A stretch of 64,000 bases of DNA from Rickettsia typhi (GTDB lineage: Bacteria; Pseudomonadota; Alphaproteobacteria; Rickettsiales; UBA1997). A model generated the notes under the pieces. The model was not told where the DNA came from. It was given only the letters and a program-made list of their open reading frames with translations, and made no database searches. The stretch is taken from assembly GCA_945901265.1 (NCBI GenBank), contig CAMDJZ010000002.1, positions 12,947 through 76,946 of the forward strand. Direction: 5' to 3'. Of the stretch, positions 39,412-49,967 are shown in pieces (positions within the stretch are counted from its first letter, which is position 1; each line of letters opens with the position of its first letter). The position numbers were made by a program, and so were the translations under genes.

Positions 39412-40629
39412 TTAATGTGTTTTCCATTTGATAGATTTGAGATCGATACCTTCCTGAATCATTTCCCATAATGGACTCATTTCGCGTAATCGATTAACTT
39501 TTTGATTAATTAAATTGATTGCATAGTCAATTTCTTCTTCAGTGGTAAATCGACCAATTCCAAAGCGAATTGAAGTATGCGCTAAATCTTCATCAACGCC
39601 AAGAGCATGCAATACATAAGAAGGTTCAAGAGATGCAGAAGTGCATGCTGAACCGGATGAAACTCCTAAATCTTTAATTGCCATAATTAGCGATTCACCT
39701 TCGATTCCCGCAAAGGATAAATTTAAATTTCCGCAATAGCGTTTAACTTCATCGCCATTAAGATAAATATGCGAAAGTTTTAATATTTCTTTTAAAAATT
39801 TATCACTGAGTTTTTTAATATGCTGATGATCCTTGGTCATTTCATTTTTAGCAATTTCACTAGCCAGACCTAAACCTAGAGCTAGGCTTGTTGGAACTGT
39901 TCCGCAACGAATTCCTCTTTCTTGTCCGCCACCACTAAAAAGCGGTTTAATTCTCACGCGTGGTTTACGTCTTACAAAAATTGCCCCAATTCCTTTGGGA
40001 GCATATATTTTATGTCCAGAAATGCTCATTAAATCGAGATTTAAATCATTAACATCTAATGCTATTTTCCCAAAAGCCTGAGCGCAATCACTATGAAAAA
40101 ATACGCCAAATTTTCGACATAATTGACCAATTTCTTTGAGTGGTTGAATAACGCCAATTTCATTATTAATAGCCATTACTGAAACCAAAGAGGTTTTATT
40201 GGTTATTAATGATTCTAATTGATTTAAATCAATCAAGCCATTTTTATTAACCCCAAGAAAACTTGTTGTAAAGCCTTCTTGTTCTAAGTCTCTTACTGAA
40301 TTCAAAACACATTTATGTTCAGTTGCAACGGTGATGATATGATTTTTCCCTGAATTTTTATAAAAATTAGCAACACCTTTAATGGCAATATTATTTGATT
40401 CGGTTGCACCTGAAGTAAAAAATATTTCTTTAGGATCGGCATTAATTAGATCGGCAATTTGTTTGCGAGCAATTTCAACTTTTTCTTCAGCATTCCAGCC
40501 AAAACTATGTGTGCGAGAATGTGGATTTCCAAAATCTTCTTGCATTGATTTATAAACAGCGTCAGCAACGCGAGGATCAACGGGCGAGGTTGACTGATAA
40601 TCTAAATAAATTGGTAATTTGATAGTCAT
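39412..40629 (-). CDS. iscS: cysteine desulfurase IscS
   Basis: 405 aa with the PLP-lysine context '[13 protein letters not shown]' and the active-site loop '[14 protein letters not shown]'. Confidence 0.95.
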   Translation of the reverse strand: MTIKLPIYLDYQSTSPVDPRVADAVYKSMQEDFGNPHSRTHSFGWNAEEKVEIARKQIADLINADPKEIFFTSGATESNNIAIKGVANFYKNSGKNHIITVATEHKCVLNSVRDLEQEGFTTSFLGVNKNGLIDLNQLESLITNKTSLVSVMAINNEIGVIQPLKEIGQLCRKFGVFFHSDCAQAFGKIALDVNDLNLDLMSISGHKIYAPKGIGAIFVRRKPRVRIKPLFSGGGQERGIRCGTVPTSLALGLGLASEIAKNEMTKDHQHIKKLSDKFLKEILKLSHIYLNGDEVKRYCGNLNLSFAGIEGESLIMAIKDLGVSSGSACTSASLEPSYVLHALGVDEDLAHTSIRFGIGRFTTEEEIDYAINLINQKVNRLREMSPLWEMIQEGIDLKSIKWKTH

Positions 40630-41741
40630 TATTTTTTTTTAAATTTTTGTTGATAGAAATTATACCAAACGTTAATAAATTTTTCAATATCGGATTTTGT
40701 ATTTTCAAAACCAAGACTAACGCGAATAGCAGAATTCAAAAAATGTTTTTCAAGACCAAGTGCTTGAGAAATTCTTGATTGGGCAATAGTACCAGAAGAG
40801 CAAGCTGATCCAGCGCTGACGCATATTTTATTTAAATCAAAATTAATTAATTGCGTTTGGGCATCAACATTTTTAAGCGCGATAAAGCTAGTATTAGCAA
40901 GTCTCGGTGCATCTTCGCTGATTATTTTAATATTATCATTGGCAATTTCTTTGAGTGATTTTTCCAAATAATTTCGTAAATTGGCAATTTGCGAAAATTG
41001 TTGTAAACGTTGACTGGCAATATCACACGCCACTCCAAAACCAACAATTGAAGCGATATTTTGCGTTCCTGCTCTTTTAGAATTTTGCTGTTTACCACCG
41101 TAAATTAATGGTTTAAGCTCAATTCCTTTTCTAATTAACAATGCACCAATTCCTTGTGGACCATAAATTTTATGGGCTGATAGACAGGCAAAATCAACGT
41201 TAAGTTCTTCTAAATCAATTTCGATCTTCCCAACTCCCTGAACAATATCGCAGAAAAAAAGTCCAAGATTTTTATGGGTAATTTTAGAAATTTCTGCAAC
41301 TGGTTGAATTGCGCCAGTCTCATTATTAGCTAGCATTGCTGAGGTTAAGAAATTACGTTGATTGGTGATTTTCTTTTCGAAATCATTAAGATTTATTACG
41401 CCATTATTATCGCAATTAAATTCGTAAATTTTTTTTTCAGCTGGTTTGCAATTATAGATGCAAGAATGTTCAATTGAGGAATAAAAAAGTTTATCAACTT
41501 CGCAATTAAATAAAACTTGATTACTTGATTCGGTTGCGCCACTGGTTAAAATAACTTCATAGTTACCGGCATTGAGAAGATTGCGAATAGATTTTATTGA
41601 TTTTTGAACTAGGCTTTCAGCTTGCTTACCAAGATGATGAGCGGCGGAATTATTATAAGGTTTTTTAAAAATTTCACACATGGCATTAACTACTTCAGGA
41701 TGTGGAGCGCTTGATGAGTTGAAGTCGAGGTATATGCTCAT
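40629..41741 (-). CDS. second cysteine desulfurase (NifS-like)
   Basis: 370 aa with '[14 protein letters not shown]' and 'SAGSACSSG'. In tandem with iscS. Confidence 0.85.
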   Translation of the reverse strand: MSIYLDFNSSSAPHPEVVNAMCEIFKKPYNNSAAHHLGKQAESLVQKSIKSIRNLLNAGNYEVILTSGATESSNQVLFNCEVDKLFYSSIEHSCIYNCKPAEKKIYEFNCDNNGVINLNDFEKKITNQRNFLTSAMLANNETGAIQPVAEISKITHKNLGLFFCDIVQGVGKIEIDLEELNVDFACLSAHKIYGPQGIGALLIRKGIELKPLIYGGKQQNSKRAGTQNIASIVGFGVACDIASQRLQQFSQIANLRNYLEKSLKEIANDNIKIISEDAPRLANTSFIALKNVDAQTQLINFDLNKICVSAGSACSSGTIAQSRISQALGLEKHFLNSAIRVSLGFENTKSDIEKFINVWYNFYQQKFKKK

Positions 41742-42139
41742 ATATCTTTTAAAGTAATTGAATCAAGATATTGATAAATTATATTTTCAAGACCTTGCCA
41801 CAAGTTATGAGTTTTACATTTAGTTTTGGAAGTTAATGAATTACAAGCTTTCGAGCTTGAATTGCAATGAGTCATTTTAACTGGCTCACCAATTGCTTTG
41901 ATGATTGTTGCTATCGAAATCTCGCTGGGATTTTTTAATAAAATATATCCACCTCCGGGACCTTTAATAGCTTCAACCAATGCAGATTTTTTTAATTTAG
42001 AAAAAATTTGTTCAAGATAAAAAAGTGAGATATTTTGTTTTTTGGCAATTAATGATAAGGCGAGCGGTTTATTGTCTTTGCTCGATGCAAGCTCAATTAT
42101 TGCAGTAACTGCATAGCGTGCTTTTGATGTTAAAATCAT
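41738..42139 (-). CDS. iscR: Rrf2-family Fe-S regulator IscR
   Basis: 133 aa with wHTH 'IAKKQNISLFYLEQIFSKLKK', 'GPGGGY', and the cluster ligands C-x6-C-x8-C-x2-H. It is the first gene of the isc string. Confidence 0.8.
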   Translation of the reverse strand: MILTSKARYAVTAIIELASSKDNKPLALSLIAKKQNISLFYLEQIFSKLKKSALVEAIKGPGGGYILLKNPSEISIATIIKAIGEPVKMTHCNSSSKACNSLTSKTKCKTHNLWQGLENIIYQYLDSITLKDI

Positions 42140-42290
42140 ATTTGATTATAAATTATATTTGCCAAAGATTAATTGAACCGCTAAGATGTTTATCTTTAAA
42201 AGCTTATATTAATAAGCTTAAAGCAGATTTAATCTTTAAATTTAATAAAGTTGATCGCTTATTAATTCGATAAAATATTTACAAAATTTT

Positions 42291-42318
42291 ATTATACCCT
42301 AGTAAGTTAGTCAACTAT
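42291..42318 (-). promoter_or_regulatory. IscR type-1 box overlapping a TATAAT -10 element
   Basis: 42294..42318 ATACCCTAGTAAGTTAGTCAACTAT matches the E. coli type-1 consensus ATASYYGACTRwwwYAGTCRRSTAT (as I recall it) at 22/25 positions. On the iscR-sense strand, a perfect TATAAT (42296..42291) overlaps the box. Confidence 0.45.
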
Positions 42319-42737
42319 TTTATTTTATTTTTTACTAGCTTGATTTTAAAAAGTAAATGGTTAAAATTTGCTTTTAATTTATGGATATATTAGCTAAGGC
42401 TATGAACAAAATGCTTTGATTGTTAGTTACAAGGCATTTTTAATTTTTTGAAATTTTTATTTATTTAGGTTTTTTTAACTTGAGAAAAGCTATAAAATTT
42501 AGTAAATATTAAAAAAACAAAAAATAAATAATACCTAAATTTAAACTAACATAAAAATGAAAAAATATCGTTTAGATATTTTGTTTAACTATTAACCATA
42601 GATGATTTATAAAATAATTGTTTATAAATCACCAAAAATACTAAGAATAGTTAGATTTTAACTAAAATAATTTATTTTGGTTAAGGCTTACTTTACTAGT
42701 TTCTAAGGTTATTTTTCTCGGGCTTGACCCAAAATAT

Positions 42738-44459
42738 ATGACAAATAAAAATAACGAAAACTTAAATAACAATCAAATAGAAGATCAATTTCAAGATGAA
42801 GATTTTTCTAAATTATTTGAAGAATATGAAAAGGATACCCAGCAATTAGCTGAAGGTAGTGTAGTTAAAGGTGTAGTTGTTGGAATTTCAGATAAGGGTG
42901 TGGCAGTTGATATTGGTGCAAAATCAGTTGGTTTTGTTGATATAATGGAATTTAAACGCGATGGCGAAATTGAAGAAGGCGATGTTGTGGATGTATTTCT
43001 TGAGCGTCTTGAAAATAAGAAAGGCGAACTTATCATTAGTAGAGATAATGCGCGTAGATTTAATAATTGGCATTTTTTAAAACAATGTCTTGAAGATAAA
43101 ACAATCATTGAAGGAAAAATTATCGGTCGAGTTAAAGGTGGATACGCCGTTGATATTAACGCCATAATTTGCTTTTTACCAAGAAGTCAAGTTGATACTA
43201 TGCTTCTGGCTGATGATAGTTTCTTGATAAATAAATTTGAAAAATTACAAGTTCTTAAAATTGACGAAGTGCGCGGTAATATCGTTGTATCTAGAAGGGC
43301 TGTTCTTGAAAGTCAAAGAAATATTGAAAAAGATAAAGTTTTATCTACTATCAAAGTCGGAGATGCAATTGACGGTATTGTTAAAAATATTACTGATTAC
43401 GGTGCATTCATTGACTTTGGAAGTTTCGATGGTTTATTGCACTTAACTGATATTTCATGGTGTAGAATTAAACATCCTTCAGAGATGTTAAAAATTGGTC
43501 AAGAAGTTAAAGTCCAAGTTATCAAATATGATGAAGCAACCAAGCGTGTTTCTTTAGGCATGAAGCAATTGCAACAAAATCCTTGGGAATCGATTGCCCA
43601 AAGATATAATGTTGGATCAACTCTTAAAGGTAAAGTTACTAATATTACAAGCTATGGCGCATTTGTAGAAATAGAGCAGGGCATTGAAGGGCTAGTGCAT
43701 GTTTCGGAAATGAGTTGGTTAAAAAATAATTCTAGTCCAAATAAATTTATCAATGTTGGTCAAGAAGTTGAAGTAATGGTTCTTGATGTTAATTCACAAA
43801 ATCATCGAATTTCACTTGGCATGAAACAATGCGAGCAAAATCCATGGCAGGCATTTTCTGAAAAAAATAAAGTTGGCGATGTTGTTCAAGGCTTAATCAA
43901 AAACTTTACTGAATTTGGATTGTTCGTTGGTTTTGATAGCGGAGTTGATGGCTTAGTTCATATTTCTGATATCTCGCCTAATGGAATTACAGAAGAAGTG
44001 CAAAAGAAATTTAAAGCTGGCGATAAAATTAATGTTATGGTTCTTGGTAGTAATTATGAAAAAGAAAGAATTTCGCTTGGCATTAGACAACTTGATAATC
44101 CAAATTTCCAAGCTGAGCTTGATAAGGTCGTAGAAGGAACGGTGGCATCTTGCGCGATTATTGGCGTTAAAAAAGATTTCTTGGAAGTTGAGCTCGATTC
44201 AGGATTAAAAGCAATTATTAAAAGACTTGATCTTTCTAAAAATAAACAAGATCAAAAAACTGAAAAATATGAAGCGGGTGATCGACTTGAAGCCAAAGTG
44301 GTAATGTTTAATAAAATTAGTGGAAAACTACTTTTATCGATTAAAGATATGGAAATTGAAGAGCAAGAAGCTCATATTTATTCTGAAGCATCGAGCGGAA
44401 CTACCATTGGTAATATCGCTGGAAATGTCTTCGAATCTTTTAAGAATCAAGAATTATAA
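42738..44459 (+). CDS. rpsA: 30S ribosomal protein S1
   Basis: 573 aa with six S1 repeats, e.g. 'GIVKNITDYGAFIDFGSFDGLLHLTDISW' and 'GKVTNITSYGAFVEIEQGIEGLVHVSEMSW'. Confidence 0.95.
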   Translation: MTNKNNENLNNNQIEDQFQDEDFSKLFEEYEKDTQQLAEGSVVKGVVVGISDKGVAVDIGAKSVGFVDIMEFKRDGEIEEGDVVDVFLERLENKKGELIISRDNARRFNNWHFLKQCLEDKTIIEGKIIGRVKGGYAVDINAIICFLPRSQVDTMLLADDSFLINKFEKLQVLKIDEVRGNIVVSRRAVLESQRNIEKDKVLSTIKVGDAIDGIVKNITDYGAFIDFGSFDGLLHLTDISWCRIKHPSEMLKIGQEVKVQVIKYDEATKRVSLGMKQLQQNPWESIAQRYNVGSTLKGKVTNITSYGAFVEIEQGIEGLVHVSEMSWLKNNSSPNKFINVGQEVEVMVLDVNSQNHRISLGMKQCEQNPWQAFSEKNKVGDVVQGLIKNFTEFGLFVGFDSGVDGLVHISDISPNGITEEVQKKFKAGDKINVMVLGSNYEKERISLGIRQLDNPNFQAELDKVVEGTVASCAIIGVKKDFLEVELDSGLKAIIKRLDLSKNKQDQKTEKYEAGDRLEAKVVMFNKISGKLLLSIKDMEIEEQEAHIYSEASSGTTIGNIAGNVFESFKNQEL

Positions 44460-44468
44460 TCTATCGAT

Positions 44469-45392
44469 ATGAATTTTTCAGATAATCTTGCAGGGTTAGT
44501 TTATTTTAAAAATAAAGTCCATAAATGGAAAAATATCGCATTATTACTGGGCGTATTTTCATTGTTAGTGTCTTTTAAATTAATCTTTGGATTTGATTTA
44601 TCGAGAAATGTAATCGAAGGAGATTACATTGCCTCGATAAAAATCGAAGGGGCAATTTTTAATAATGAATTTCGTAATAAAATTTTAGAAAATATCGCCA
44701 CTGATGATTCTATTAAAGCAGTAATCGTTAATATTGACAGCCCTGGTGGTGAAATTGTTGGTAGTGAAATTCTTTATAATCAATTGAAGGCAATTAACAA
44801 TAAAAAACCTATAGGAGTTCTAATGTATTCTGCAGCAGCTTCAGGTGCTTATATGGCAGCAATCGCTAGTGATTATATTGTTGCTCATAACGGCACTTTA
44901 ACGGGATCGATTGGAGTATTAATGGAATCCCCAGAATTTACTGATTTAGCTTCTAAAGTTGGAGTAAAATTTAACACTTATAAATCATCGCCATTGAAAG
45001 GAAGTCCATCGCCATTTGAAAAATCAAATCAACTTGTTGATAAAGTTATAAAGGAATCTATTGAAGATTCATTTCGTTTTTTTAGCGGATTAGTTGAAGA
45101 GCGTCGCGGTAATTTACTTAATAAAAAATTCCGTACAGAAATTTTTGACGGTAGAGTTTTTACCGGACGTCAAGCCTTTCAAGCTGGACTTATTGATAAG
45201 GTTGGTGGTAAGGAAGATATTCTAAATTATTTTACAACAAAAAAAATTGACGTTAAAAAACTCGCAATTCGTGAAATTGAAATTATTGAGAATAAAAAAA
45301 AAGTTCTTGAAAATTTTTTAGGAAGCATACCATTTTTTAATCAAAAAAATTTAATGGGTGGAAAAAAACAGGTGATGGCAATTTTGCAATAA
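44469..45392 (+). CDS. sppA: signal peptide peptidase SppA (36K type)
   Basis: 307 aa with one TM helix, 'NIDSPGGE' and 'AAASGAYMAA' (S49 family). Confidence 0.85.
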   Translation: MNFSDNLAGLVYFKNKVHKWKNIALLLGVFSLLVSFKLIFGFDLSRNVIEGDYIASIKIEGAIFNNEFRNKILENIATDDSIKAVIVNIDSPGGEIVGSEILYNQLKAINNKKPIGVLMYSAAASGAYMAAIASDYIVAHNGTLTGSIGVLMESPEFTDLASKVGVKFNTYKSSPLKGSPSPFEKSNQLVDKVIKESIEDSFRFFSGLVEERRGNLLNKKFRTEIFDGRVFTGRQAFQAGLIDKVGGKEDILNYFTTKKIDVKKLAIREIEIIENKKKVLENFLGSIPFFNQKNLMGGKKQVMAILQ

Positions 45393-45571
45393 TTCTAATT
45401 TTATTTTTATCTTTACTGCTAAAATTTATTCAATAATATTTGAAAAATAATTTTGAATTTGTCATTTTTATTAATATAGCGCGTTGATTGCCAACAGTTT
45501 ATAACTAATTATATTTTTTTTATTTGCTATTTAATTTTCTGTAATTAGCTTTATTTTTTGTAAAAAAAATA

Positions 45572-45624
45572 AAATTTACCTTCTTTTGATGGCATTGTTA
45601 AAGTCATCAAAAGAAGGTAAATTT
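45572..45624. terminator. 20-bp perfect inverted repeat (hairpin); possible sppA terminator or acpP leader element
   Basis: AAATTTACCTTCTTTTGATG (45572..45591) and CATCAAAAGAAGGTAAATTT (45605..45624) are exact reverse complements with a 13-nt loop. An A-rich tract lies upstream, and only a modest T content downstream. Confidence 0.35.
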
Positions 45625-45716
45625 ATATAATTTAACTTTAAACAAATTTAAAATTAAATTTGAAAGAATAAATGATCATTGATCAATTATTTTCCTATTA
45701 ACTAACAATAAATTTT

Positions 45717-45959
45717 ATGACTAATAATAACGAGATTTTTACAAGAGTTAAAAAAATCATTATCAACCATCTTGGTGTAGAGGAAGCAAAAATTAACGAA
45801 GGTGCACATTTCATTGATGACTTAGGCGCTGATAGTCTTGACCAAGTTGAGCTAGTTATGGCTTTTGAAGAAGAGTTCGGTATTGAAATTCCTGATGAAG
45901 CTGCTGAAAAAATTACAACAGTAGGAAGCGCAGTAAAATATATCTCTGAAGCTTCTTAA
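45717..45959 (+). CDS. acpP: acyl carrier protein
   Basis: 80 aa. '[27 protein letters not shown]' contains the phosphopantetheine-attachment Ser. Confidence 0.95.
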   Translation: MTNNNEIFTRVKKIIINHLGVEEAKINEGAHFIDDLGADSLDQVELVMAFEEEFGIEIPDEAAEKITTVGSAVKYISEAS

Positions 45960-45971
45960 TAAAAAATTATA

Positions 45972-46014
45972 CCCCATATTTTTCTTATACATCAAATAAG
46001 AAAAATTAATGGGG
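45972..46014. terminator. imperfect hairpin between convergent acpP and pheT (possible bidirectional terminator)
   Basis: CCCCATATTTTTCTTA ... TAAGAAAAATTAATGGGG with one 2-nt bulge. On the minus strand it is followed by 'tataatttttt'. There is no T-run on the plus strand. Confidence 0.3.
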
Positions 46015-46177
46015 CGCTGAATAGATGGCACCAATCATTTCAAAAAAAGATTAATTTTATATCATCGATAAATATCCTTCTTGCTTGCATAAAAAAATAT
46101 TTAAAAAATTTTTAATATAAGCTTTGTTTAATTATTGAAATCAATTGCAAATAATGCGATTATTTTATGATATTGAG

Positions 46178-48643
46178 TTAAGAGCGCAGATCTGCATTAA
46201 ATTTCGCGCTAAGTGTTGCAATAATTTTTTTACTTATCTCGTCAATTTCTAAAGAAGTTAGAGTTTTATTATCTTGGATTTTAACATTTAGGGCTACTGA
46301 TTTCTTGTTTTCTCCAATTGCTGGGTTGATAAAAACATCAAAAATATTAACTTCCTTAATTAAATTTTTATCAATATCGATAATGGCTTTTTGTAATTTT
46401 GCAACTGCTAAATCATCATCGACTATAACGGCAAAATCTCTTTCAACAATCGGAAAATCATTTGCTAGAAAGGCTTTAAAGCTATTTAATTTTTTACTGA
46501 TAAATTGATCATCAACGAATATTTCAAAATAATTTAAACGCTGTTTAATTGAAAAATATTGATTAATGGCAGGATGTAATTCACCAAAATTAGCAATAAT
46601 ATTTTTGCCTAATTTAAGCGAAGAATTGCGATGCGGATGAAAGTAGCGAAGATTTTCATTAGTAATTTCTAGGTTTGACGTTTTAATATTTAATGATTCA
46701 AGTGCAACATATAAATCTTTTTTTACATCAAAAACATCAAAATCACGCTCATCGCGATAGTGATTATTCTCTTTATTTTTCCCAACACGGAGTCCGCAAA
46801 TCGATAGTTTTTGTTCTTGATTATTTTTAAAAATATTACCAATTTCAAAGATTGATAAATTTTGAAAATTACGTAGAGAATTTTTTTTGTAGCTACTAAG
46901 AAGGCCAATTGCTAGAGTAGGCCGTAGGTAATTCATTTCAACTGAAACAGGATTTTTCAGAAGCAAATTTTCATCTCGATTGCAAAATAAGTCGACAATT
47001 TTATCTTCAATAAAACTCCAATTAATTGTTTCAATTAATCCACGAGAAATTAATTTTGAACGAATTTGATCGCTGTAATAATTTAGATTTTGAGAGCTAT
47101 TAAAACTTATTTTATTTTGTTGATAATTATTAGTGTCATTATTTCTTGTTGGTTTTAAATTGTAACTATTGTTAGTTGTTGATTTATCGCAATAATTAAT
47201 TTCCAGTGGTTGGTTATTTATATTTTCAAAGCCATAAATTCGAATTATTTCTTCAACAATATCAACGCTAATTGATATATCATTGCGATAGCTTGGTACT
47301 GTAAGCATTAAACTATTGTCATGTTCTTTAATTTCAAAGCCTAATTTATTTAAAATTTCAACTATAATATTTTTTGGAATATCTATGCCAATTAACTTTT
47401 TTAGGTGATTAATCTCGAATTCAATTATTCTTGGTGAATTAATTTTGCCGATAATTTTTTTATTGCTGATTTCGGTTTTTTGATTACCGCATATCTCAAG
47501 AATCATTTGCGAGGCTAAATCGATAGCTAGTTCACAATTATATGGATCACTTCCGCGTTCAAAGCGATGACGAGACTCGGTGATAATATTTAATTTTCTG
47601 CCTGAATATGCGATATTGGTAGGATTAAAATTTCCACCTTCAAGGAGGACTTCGCTTGTTTCATTGCTACAAGAGCTTGATTTTGAGCCAATTACCCCAG
47701 CAATACTTAGAATTTTTTCATCATCATTAATCGATAAAATATTTTCTTCAATTATGTATTTTTGATCATTGAGGGCAATCATTTCTGATGATTCTTTTTG
47801 GAGATCAATAGTAAGATTACCTTTAACTGTCATTTTATCATAAGCATGCAATGGCTGTGCAGTTAGATGCATAACATAGTTTGTTATGTCGACAATTGCT
47901 GATATAGGGTTAATCCCAATCATTGTTAATTTATCTTTTAGCCATTGTGGCGATGGACAATTTTTGATATTTTTTATTTGACGATAAACTATAAAAGGAC
48001 AAGCTTCGTAATTATTTATATCAATTTTTAATTCAAAGTTAAAATGATTTTCTAAATTTTTAGTTGAGATTATTTTGAGTTTACCAAGTCCAGTAGCGCT
48101 TAGGTCTCGAGCAATTCCAAAAACACCAAGACAATCACCGCGATTTGGTGTTGCATATATTTCAATTACTGAGTCATTACGCTGATAAACTTCACTTATC
48201 TTGGTACCGATTGGCCATTTATTATCTACCTCAATAATTCCAAAATCATTATCATTTATTTGTAATTCACTTGCCGAGCATAACATGCCATTACTTTCTA
48301 TTCCTGCAATTTTGGCTTTTTTAATAACCATTTGATTTTTGGGTATTACTGAATTAATTTTTGCAAAGGCAACTTTTAGGTTATTACGCGCATTACTTGC
48401 GCCGCAAACAATTTGAATGGGCGGAAGTTTTTCGTCAATACGCACTGAGCATATTTTAAGCTTATTTGAATTTTCGTGATTTTTACAATCAATGATTTGG
48501 GCAACACTAAATTCACCGAGAATTTCTGATTGATCAATAATTGATTCAACTTCTAAACCAATATTAGTAAGTTTTTCGCATATCTCATGAAGCGAGGCTG
48601 AAGTTTCAAAATATTCTTTTAATGAAGAGAGGGTAAATTTCAT
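46178..48643 (-). CDS. pheT: phenylalanine--tRNA ligase beta subunit
   Basis: 821 aa with an N-terminal tRNA-binding domain ('AQIIDCKNHENSNKLKICSV'), a B3/4-B5 core and a C-terminal FDX-ACB-like end. No pheS is adjacent. Confidence 0.95.
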   Translation of the reverse strand: MKFTLSSLKEYFETSASLHEICEKLTNIGLEVESIIDQSEILGEFSVAQIIDCKNHENSNKLKICSVRIDEKLPPIQIVCGASNARNNLKVAFAKINSVIPKNQMVIKKAKIAGIESNGMLCSASELQINDNDFGIIEVDNKWPIGTKISEVYQRNDSVIEIYATPNRGDCLGVFGIARDLSATGLGKLKIISTKNLENHFNFELKIDINNYEACPFIVYRQIKNIKNCPSPQWLKDKLTMIGINPISAIVDITNYVMHLTAQPLHAYDKMTVKGNLTIDLQKESSEMIALNDQKYIIEENILSINDDEKILSIAGVIGSKSSSCSNETSEVLLEGGNFNPTNIAYSGRKLNIITESRHRFERGSDPYNCELAIDLASQMILEICGNQKTEISNKKIIGKINSPRIIEFEINHLKKLIGIDIPKNIIVEILNKLGFEIKEHDNSLMLTVPSYRNDISISVDIVEEIIRIYGFENINNQPLEINYCDKSTTNNSYNLKPTRNNDTNNYQQNKISFNSSQNLNYYSDQIRSKLISRGLIETINWSFIEDKIVDLFCNRDENLLLKNPVSVEMNYLRPTLAIGLLSSYKKNSLRNFQNLSIFEIGNIFKNNQEQKLSICGLRVGKNKENNHYRDERDFDVFDVKKDLYVALESLNIKTSNLEITNENLRYFHPHRNSSLKLGKNIIANFGELHPAINQYFSIKQRLNYFEIFVDDQFISKKLNSFKAFLANDFPIVERDFAVIVDDDLAVAKLQKAIIDIDKNLIKEVNIFDVFINPAIGENKKSVALNVKIQDNKTLTSLEIDEISKKIIATLSAKFNADLRS

Positions 48644-48943
48644 AACATTTATTCGTTAAAAAGCGGTTGCAAATTATATTACAATTGTCAGGCATTTTTT
48701 GAAATTGGCAAGGATTTTTATCGATTAAAAATTAGTTATTTAAGATTTTAATAATTATAAATTAAAAAATTAAATTATCGCCGATAAGTCTAGATTAGAG
48801 TGCGGAGGGCATGCATAAAAAAATTAAATGCAAAAATTACTGTTGAAGATGTAAATTTAAATTATAAATTTTCTTAAATTTTAATATTACTAAAAATAAT
48901 TTTTATATTAAAAAAATTATTAATTATTAAATAATATTGACAA

Positions 48944-49414
48944 TTAATGAATTCTTTCGAAATTTTTAATTGATTTGTCAATTATTTTATTTTGCTCATC
49001 TGCGTTTAATGCTGATTTTTCTTGAAGTTGTGCAATTGCGCTGAGAAGAATTTTAGTTTTAATTTCTCTCTTCGATGCTTCCTCTTCAGCCTTAGAACGC
49101 TGTGAAGCCATGAGTGTCATGCGAGCAATTTCTTGATTAATAAGATCTTGAGCATTTTGTAGTAAGTTTTTTGATTCACTCTCAGCTTCAAGTATTAATC
49201 TTTTTGCATCTATGATGCTCTTATCTTGCATTTCTTGCACTAACACAAGCAATTCCTCTGCTTTTTTTCGAGCTTCTTTTGCTGATATAATGTCCTGAGC
49301 AATAGATTTACTCTTATTGTCAAGAGCATTGGCAATTTTTGGACCATAATATTTTATAACAAGCGCTACAAAAGAAAAAAAAGCAATAGCTAGCCAGAAT
49401 TTTTCATTTAACAT
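48944..49414 (-). CDS. atpF: ATP synthase F0 subunit b
   Basis: 156 aa with one N-terminal TM helix and a long charged helix. It is the last gene of the F0 cluster. Confidence 0.8.
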   Translation of the reverse strand: MLNEKFWLAIAFFSFVALVIKYYGPKIANALDNKSKSIAQDIISAKEARKKAEELLVLVQEMQDKSIIDAKRLILEAESESKNLLQNAQDLINQEIARMTLMASQRSKAEEEASKREIKTKILLSAIAQLQEKSALNADEQNKIIDKSIKNFERIH

Positions 49415-49417
49415 AAA

Positions 49418-49849
49418 TTAATTTAAAATTTTTGATTTAATATTTTTGGCGATTTCATTAATGATTTCACCACTATTTCTTTGAGATTTAATAACTAATT
49501 CTTGTAATTCTTTACGAGATTTTTTGCTATTTTCATCAATGGTTTTTTTTAAATTTTCAATTGCTTCTTGACGGGTATGGCTAATTTTTTTTAACGTAGA
49601 CTCGATTTTATCGTGATATAAGGAATTCGATTCTTGGCTATTTTTTTGGATCAGTGTGTGCAAGCTATCGATCTCGTGGTTTATTTTACTCGCACTAGAT
49701 AGATCACCATTAATCATTTTTTTTCTGTTATCAAGTATTTCTTGAACTCTTGGGGTTATTATAAAATAAACTGCCAAATACAGAATCGCAAAGCATATAG
49801 AAAACCAAAATATTTGTGAGCTATAAGTTGTAAAATCAAACTGAGGCAT
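49418..49849 (-). CDS. atpF2: ATP synthase F0 subunit b'
   Basis: 143 aa. 'MPQFDFTTYSSQIFWFSICFAILY' is typical of an alphaproteobacterial b' N-terminus. Same architecture as b. Confidence 0.75.
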   Translation of the reverse strand: MPQFDFTTYSSQIFWFSICFAILYLAVYFIITPRVQEILDNRKKMINGDLSSASKINHEIDSLHTLIQKNSQESNSLYHDKIESTLKKISHTRQEAIENLKKTIDENSKKSRKELQELVIKSQRNSGEIINEIAKNIKSKILN

Positions 49850-49871
49850 AAAATTTTTTATATATTTTAAG

Positions 49872-49942
49872 TTAACAATTATTTTAATTTAATATTTTGA
49901 ATTTTAGAAAAATTTAAAATATTAAATTAAAATAATTGTTAA
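49872..49942. repeat. 71-nt almost perfect AT palindrome (34-bp stem, 3-nt loop)
   Basis: 49872..49898 and 49916..49942 are exact reverse complements (27 nt). Pairing continues inward through one G-T and six A-T pairs to the loop at 49906..49908. The element lies between atpE and the b' start. Confidence 0.8.
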
Positions 49943-49967
49943 TTAAGATGAATTAATATTATTTGAG

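Noticed and set aside
39412-41741. Tandem cysteine desulfurases (nifS-like + iscS) as a possible novel duplication.
   Set aside because: As far as I recall, the same two-desulfurase arrangement upstream of iscU is the norm in Rickettsiales isc operons, so it is not novel.
42247-42271. Possible second IscR site (AAAGTTGATCGCTTATTAATTCGAT).
   Set aside because: Only one half-site (AGTTGA) resembles the consensus, and the other half is poor. This is not distinguishable from AT-rich background.
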